DNA of 12,339 nt from a bacterium (GTDB lineage Bacteria > Krumholzibacteriota > Krumholzibacteriia > G020349025): assembly GCA_031362565.1 (NCBI GenBank), contig JANLSU010000133.1:1-12339 (forward strand). Direction: 5' to 3'. Below the pieces are notes generated by a model. It saw nothing but the letters and a program-made list of their open reading frames with translations, ran no database searches and was not told where the DNA came from. Positions 7,402 to 12,339 of the stretch are shown piece after piece. A program made the position numbers and the translations under genes. Every line of letters starts with the position of its first letter. Within the stretch, counting starts at the first letter, position 1.

Positions 7402-8298
7402 ATGCGCGAACTGAAACGATACTTGCCGGCGCCGGTGCGCGAACTCCTGCGGCGGCTCCGGCGTAGCGCGCGCCGCCAGAGGATCGAATCCGGGCAACAC
7501 CATTCTCGGGCGGAGTTGGCCCAGCAGTTCGCGACGCTTGGAATCGCCGCCGGCGATACCGTGCTCGTGCACAGCGCCTTGTCCAAAATCGGGTATGTGG
7601 ACGGCGGTCCGCAGACGGTGATCGACGCGTTGTTCGACGCTGTCGGCACCCAGGGCACGGTCGCGTTCCCGACGTTTCCGTTCGACACCTACGTTGCCGA
7701 CTATCTCGTACGCAACCCGGATTTCGATGCGCTGCAAACACCGTCGCGCATGGGCTGGGTGACCGAGGTGTTCCGCACCCGCCCGGATGCCGTGCGGTCG
7801 CTGCATCCCACCCATCCCGTCGCCGCCGTCGGTCCGAACGCCCCGTATTTGACCGAAGCACACCATCTTGGGCCGACGACCTTCGGTCTCCAGAGTCCGT
7901 TCTTTCGCCTCGCCGAAACCGGTGGCAAGATTCTCCTGCTCGGCGTCGATTTTCATTCGATGACCAACCTGCACGTCGTCGAAGATACGTTGGACGACTT
8001 CCCGTATCGGGTCTATCGGCCCGACCCGGTGCGCACGACTCTGCGCGATTCAAACGGCACCGTTCATCTGCTGAGCGTTCGCGTTCACGATCCGGATCTG
8101 TCGCGCTTGCGGGACTGCAACCGCATGGAGAAGCCGTTCGCCGACCGCGGCGTGCTCCGGTTGGGCACGGTGGGCGCGGCCACGGCGAGGCTCATGACGG
8201 CCGACGGCGTCCTGGCAGCGATGCGCGAGCTGGCCCGAGCCGGCTTCACCATGTACGACGATCAACGGGTGCCGCACGAGTTCCGCCGCCGTCCCTAG
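7402..8298 (+). CDS. AAC(3)-family (Antibiotic_NAT, YokD/FrbF-like) N-acyltransferase
   Basis: ATG7402; 298 aa. Motifs: GIAAGDTVLVHSALSKIG, GTVAFPTF, PSRMGWVTE, RSLHPTHPV, GGKILLLGV and TNLHVVE (catalytic HxxE). Confidence 0.9.
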   Translation: MRELKRYLPAPVRELLRRLRRSARRQRIESGQHHSRAELAQQFATLGIAAGDTVLVHSALSKIGYVDGGPQTVIDALFDAVGTQGTVAFPTFPFDTYVADYLVRNPDFDALQTPSRMGWVTEVFRTRPDAVRSLHPTHPVAAVGPNAPYLTEAHHLGPTTFGLQSPFFRLAETGGKILLLGVDFHSMTNLHVVEDTLDDFPYRVYRPDPVRTTLRDSNGTVHLLSVRVHDPDLSRLRDCNRMEKPFADRGVLRLGTVGAATARLMTADGVLAAMRELARAGFTMYDDQRVPHEFRRRP

Positions 8299-8339
8299 GC
8301 GGCGCCATTCGCAACCGTCGGCACCGCCAAAGCTTAGAG

Positions 8340-8369
8340 TTGCGACGCGCATTGCGTCTGAAATAGGGT
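8340..8369 (+). promoter_or_regulatory. Possible sigma70-type promoter for the spermidine-synthase-like gene
   Basis: TTGCGA (8340-8345), 18 nt spacer, TAGGGT (8364-8369). RBS GGAG at 8391-8394 before ATG8403. Confidence 0.3.
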
Positions 8370-8402
8370 GAATGGATCGCCTTTCTTGACGGAGCGCACC
8401 GG

Positions 8403-10826
8403 ATGACCCACAGGACAGCCGCGGAGCCAGGGCTACGCCCACACTGGACTGCGCTGGTTGCGATTGGCCTGCTCGCCGGCGCGATCATGCTGTTCGAACT
8501 CGTCCTCACACGAATCTTCTCGTTCACGATCTGGCACCATTTCTCGTTCATGGTAATCAGCGTTGCGCTCATGGGGTTTGCGGTCAGCGGGATTGTCCTG
8601 CAACTCTATCCAGCGCTCGGCGTTCCAGCCCCGCAGCGCGCGGCGCATTACGCGGTGTTGTTCGCACTCACGGCGGTGCTCGCGGTGGCGCTCGTTACGC
8701 GCATCCCGTTCGACCCGACTCACATCGCCCAAGAGCCGGGACAGGTCGTGGCGCTCGCCGTGTACTACCTCACCTTGGTCGTGCCGTTCACATTCGCGGG
8801 GCTGGCGATCGTCTCGCTGCTGAACGGATACCCAGGCGACGTGAACCGGCTGTACGCCAGCGACCTGACGGGAGCCGGAGCCGGCTGCTTGATCGTCGTT
8901 GGCCTCATGGCGCATGTCGGTGCCGAGGGCGTGCTCCTGTTGGTGGGCGCCATTGCCTCAGTGAGCGCGTGGTTGTTGCGCTGCCGAACCCAAACGGGGC
9001 GGACACAACTGGCGCTTCCATGGTTGGCGGTCGCCGTGCTCTTCGGTGCCGCGACGCCATGGGCGACACACTTGCTGCCGATCCGGCCGGGAACCGGGAA
9101 GGGACTGACGTATTGGCTGAATCCCGCCAACTTTCCCCTCGCACGGCTGGCGTCGACCCAGTGGAATGCACTCTCGAGAGTCGACGTCGTCGAAGGTGCC
9201 GGGGCCGTCGAATGGACGGCGAATCCACGCTCGCCCGCCAGCTCCCCGCCGCAGACCCAAATCGTCATCGATGGCGATGCCGCGACGCCGATCATTCAGT
9301 CGAATGGCGACCTCCGGAGCCTCACCTTCCTCGACTACACCCTGTCGTCGACGGCGCTGCAGGCCTTTCGCCCTGCCCAGGTCCTGGTCATCGGTTCCGG
9401 GGGTGGTGTCGACGTGCTCACCGCGCTGCATCATGGGGCAGCGCATGTCGACGCAGTCGAAATCAACCCGATGATCGCCGGCCTCGTGACCCGACGCTAT
9501 GCGGAGTGGAACGGACATCTGTTCGAACGGCCCGAAGTGGCACTGCACCTCGGCGAAGGGCGCAACTTCGTGCGCCGGCAGACCACTCGGTACGACATGA
9601 TTCAGTTGTCGCTCATCGACACGTGGGCCGCGACCGCCGCCGGGGCCTACAGCCTCGCCGAAGGCTATCTGTACACGGTCGAGGCGTACCAGGACTACAT
9701 CGGGCACCTTGCCGGCGACGGTATTCTAACGGTCACGCGTTGGCGTTGGTCGCAGCCCCGGGAGATCTTGAAACTGTGCACGGTGGCCGTCGCGGCGTTG
9801 CGCGGGCTCGGGGTCGAGCACCCTGAAAAGCATCTGGTGATCGCGGCGCTGCCCGGACTCGCCAACGTCATGATCAAGCGCTCGGAGTTCACGGCCGCAG
9901 ATCTCGACTCGATCGAGAGGGTCGCGGACGCGCGTGGATTCGGGTTCCTGTACGCACCCGGCATCCGCGGCACCAACGAGTTCGTCCGCCTGCTGGACGC
10001 CCCGGATCCAAGCAAGTTCATCGACGCGTACCCGTTCGACATCCGTCCGGCCACCGATGACAGCCCATTCTTCTTCCAGTTCGGGCGCTGGCGCGATCTC
10101 TCACTCGCCGGGTGGCGCGAAAGCCCGCTCGCTCTCTCGGGGCGTCTCGTGCTGCTGGCGACACTGACCCAGGCGTTCTTGCTGTCGCTTGCTCTGTTGG
10201 TGGCCCCCATCATCAGGCGCGCCCGCAACACGCCGGCAATCCCGCGCGCGGCGGCCGGCGGAACGCTCGCGTACTTCGCCGCCATCGGCCTTGGATTCAT
10301 GCTGCTCGAGATCTCGTTGATGCAGCGATTCACGCTCTTTCTGGGGCACCCCGTGTATGCGATCGCCTTCGTCTTGGCGGTGCTCCTGATCGCCGCCGGC
10401 GCCGGAAGCATGTGCGCGCCGCGACTCGTGGGGTCTCGAAGCCGTCCGTGGTGGGTCTTCATCGGGATCGTCGGGATCGTGCTGCTGTATGCGGCTTGTA
10501 TGCCGGCGATCTTTCGTGCGGCGCTCGGGCTCGGATTGGTGAGCCGGCTCGCACTCGGCACGCTCCTTCTCTTTCCTTTGGGCTTCGGGCTCGGCATTCC
10601 TTTTCCGGCTGCGGTTGCATCACTGTCTCGGCGCACATCCGCACCTCTTCTGGGCTGGGCTTGGGCGGCCAATGGGGCCGCGTCGGTGATGGGGCCGATT
10701 CTGGCCGTGCTGCTGGCAATGGAGTTCGGCTTCACGGGCGTGATGTTCTTGGCGGCTCTGATCTACGCGGGCGCATTGCTGGCGTTTGGATCGTGGGAAG
10801 CGAAGGCCATGCACTCCAGGCCTTAG
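8403..10826 (+). CDS. Membrane-embedded spermidine-synthase-like / class I SAM-dependent transferase
   Basis: 807 aa. About 7 N-terminal TM helices (FELVLTRIFS, LYASDLTGAGAG). Central Rossmann SAM domain (IVIDGDA, VLVIGSGGGVDV, DAVEINP, EGRNFV, YDMIQLS, YLYTVEA, PATDDSPFFF). About 7 C-terminal TM helices (GLGFMLLEISLMQRF, WAWAANGAASV). Confidence 0.85.
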   Translation: MTHRTAAEPGLRPHWTALVAIGLLAGAIMLFELVLTRIFSFTIWHHFSFMVISVALMGFAVSGIVLQLYPALGVPAPQRAAHYAVLFALTAVLAVALVTRIPFDPTHIAQEPGQVVALAVYYLTLVVPFTFAGLAIVSLLNGYPGDVNRLYASDLTGAGAGCLIVVGLMAHVGAEGVLLLVGAIASVSAWLLRCRTQTGRTQLALPWLAVAVLFGAATPWATHLLPIRPGTGKGLTYWLNPANFPLARLASTQWNALSRVDVVEGAGAVEWTANPRSPASSPPQTQIVIDGDAATPIIQSNGDLRSLTFLDYTLSSTALQAFRPAQVLVIGSGGGVDVLTALHHGAAHVDAVEINPMIAGLVTRRYAEWNGHLFERPEVALHLGEGRNFVRRQTTRYDMIQLSLIDTWAATAAGAYSLAEGYLYTVEAYQDYIGHLAGDGILTVTRWRWSQPREILKLCTVAVAALRGLGVEHPEKHLVIAALPGLANVMIKRSEFTAADLDSIERVADARGFGFLYAPGIRGTNEFVRLLDAPDPSKFIDAYPFDIRPATDDSPFFFQFGRWRDLSLAGWRESPLALSGRLVLLATLTQAFLLSLALLVAPIIRRARNTPAIPRAAAGGTLAYFAAIGLGFMLLEISLMQRFTLFLGHPVYAIAFVLAVLLIAAGAGSMCAPRLVGSRSRPWWVFIGIVGIVLLYAACMPAIFRAALGLGLVSRLALGTLLLFPLGFGLGIPFPAAVASLSRRTSAPLLGWAWAANGAASVMGPILAVLLAMEFGFTGVMFLAALIYAGALLAFGSWEAKAMHSRP

Positions 10827-10869
10827 AATCGGTGCGCTGCACCGGTCGCGTCCCGGCGTTTGATTTGTG

Positions 10870-10898
10870 TTGCAAAGTACTCTACCGAACATTATTAT
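10870..10898 (+). promoter_or_regulatory. Sigma70-type promoter for the radical SAM gene
   Basis: TTGCAA (10870-10875), 17 nt spacer, TATTAT (10893-10898), in an AT-rich intergenic patch. AGGAGG follows at 10927-10932. Confidence 0.65.
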
Positions 10899-10962
10899 GC
10901 GCGGACGGCGGCCCGGAATTCGGACCAGGAGGCCCTTGCGACACCGGACACTCCCCCAGGCC

Positions 10963-12339
10963 ATGCGCGTCCCGCCGCGCCTGGATGCGGCCTTCCAGCC
11001 GCGGCGCGTCGAGCCACGTCACGCCCTGCTCGTGAACCCGTTCTACGCCAAGGATCCACATGCCAGCTTCGGCAAACATGTCCTGACGCCGACTCTCGCG
11101 CTCACCAGCATTGCGGCCGCGACGCCGCCACATTGGACGGTGCGGGTTTGGGACGAGAATCTGCTGCAAGGTTCGCCCCCAGCAGAGCCGTTTCCGCAGG
11201 TGGTCGGCATCAGCGTCCATCTCACGTTCGCGCAACGGGCCTTCGATCTGGCCCGTTGGTATCGTGACCGCGGCGCGATTGTCGTCTTGGGCGGCCTGCA
11301 TGTGCTGTCCTGCCCCGAGGAATGTGCGCCGCATGCCGATGTGCTGGTGCTCGGCGAAGGCACGCGCCCGTGGGCGCAACTCCTGCACGACCTCGAAGCG
11401 GGCCGGCTCGAGACGCGTTACGTGGGGAGCTACCGCGAGCCCTACGCGGATGAACCGGCGCCACGCCGCGATCTCCTGCCGCGCGCGCAATACCTGACCA
11501 CCGCCAGCATGATCGCGACGCGCGGCTGCCACAACCGATGCGGATTCTGCTATTTGTCGACCGATGACCTGCATATGCCGTATCACATGAAACCGGTCGA
11601 GCAAGTCGTCGATGAACTGGTGGCAGACGGCCAGCCCTACGTGGTCTTTGTCGACAACAACCTGGGATCGCGGCCGGACTACCTGCGCTCGCTGTGCCGC
11701 GCATTGCGCCCGCTCGGGATCATCTGGAGCGCGGCCGTTTCCATCGACGTGACCGATGATCCCTCGCTGGCGCAGGAAATGGCGCTCGCTGGGTGTACCG
11801 GAGTTTTCGTCGGCTTCGAGTCGCTACAACCGGAAAACATCGTCGAGGCGCGCAAGAAGAGCCCACGGCCCTCCGACTATGCGCGGCGCGTGTCCCTTCT
11901 CCATGACCACGGCATTCAAGTCAACGGCAGCTTCGTGCTGGGCTTCGACCACGATGGGCCGGATGTCTTCGAGCGCACCACGCAATGGATCGAGGACAAC
12001 CGGCTCGAGTGCGCGACGTTTCACATCCTGACGCCCTATCCCGGTACGCCGCTCTTCCATCAAATGGAGCGCGAGGGCAGGCTTCTACATCGGGACTGGT
12101 CGCGTTACGACACTGCCAACGTCGTCTTCCGGCCGCGGCGCATGACGGCGGATGAGCTCGCGAACGGCTATGCGTGGTGCTACGAACGGCTGTTTTCCCA
12201 TGCATCGATCTGGCGCCGGCGGCCCGCCGACGCCAAGGCGGTGGCGCCGTATCTCGCGATGTCCTACCTCTACAAGCGATCGAACGCGATTTGGTATTTC
12301 CTGATCCGCTACCGGTTGACGGCGGCGGTTCGGTCTGTG
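10963..12339 (+). CDS. B12-binding domain radical SAM protein, 3'-truncated by the window end
   Basis: Manual translation of frame +1 is open to the window end: MRVPPRLD...LLVNPFYAKDPHASFGKHVLTPTLAL...VWDEN...VVLGGLHV...GEG (cobalamin-binding domain). TRGCHNRCGFC gives CxxxCxxC at 11527-11550. Then FVDNN, VFVGFES, GSFVLGFD and LTPYPGTPL. In-frame TTG10936 just after AGGAGG is an alternative start. Confidence 0.92.
   Translation, partial: MRVPPRLDAAFQPRRVEPRHALLVNPFYAKDPHASFGKHVLTPTLALTSIAAATPPHWTVRVWDENLLQGSPPAEPFPQVVGISVHLTFAQRAFDLARWYRDRGAIVVLGGLHVLSCPEECAPHADVLVLGEGTRPWAQLLHDLEAGRLETRYVGSYREPYADEPAPRRDLLPRAQYLTTASMIATRGCHNRCGFCYLSTDDLHMPYHMKPVEQVVDELVADGQPYVVFVDNNLGSRPDYLRSLCRALRPLGIIWSAAVSIDVTDDPSLAQEMALAGCTGVFVGFESLQPENIVEARKKSPRPSDYARRVSLLHDHGIQVNGSFVLGFDHDGPDVFERTTQWIEDNRLECATFHILTPYPGTPLFHQMEREGRLLHRDWSRYDTANVVFRPRRMTADELANGYAWCYERLFSHASIWRRRPADAKAVAPYLAMSYLYKRSNAIWYFLIRYRLTAAVRSV

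Noticed and set aside
10462..10480. Tandem 9-bp repeat TCGGGATCG x2
   Set aside because: It encodes IGIVGIV in a TM helix. Two copies in coding sequence are not significant.
1..12339. CRISPR arrays, tRNA/rRNA genes, transposases, integrases
   Set aside because: I saw no regularly spaced repeats, structural RNA signatures or mobility genes. Intergenic gaps are all under about 140 nt.

Overview
GC-rich bacterial DNA with seven protein-coding genes, all on the + strand. Bases 1-63 are G/C homopolymer runs that look like a sequencing or assembly artefact. The first two genes (154-2724 and 2721-5336, GTGA overlap) encode paralogous ~860 aa membrane proteins. Each has a multi-helix N-terminal membrane domain and two DUF4350/GldG-type class I glutamine-amidotransferase-fold domains. 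The membrane domain, most clearly in the second protein, resembles an exosortase that has lost its catalytic Cys. Next come a CE4/NodB-type polysaccharide deacetylase, a possible 28 aa coupled peptide, a FabG/PhaB-like SDR, an AAC(3)-family N-acyltransferase and a membrane-embedded spermidine-synthase-like SAM-binding protein. A cobalamin-dependent radical SAM gene with its own sigma70 promoter runs off the right end and is missing from the ORF track. The most novel candidates are the paired membrane proteins and a possible deacetylase/reductase/acyltransferase module for modifying surface glycans. All family calls come from motif recognition by eye; no searches were run.
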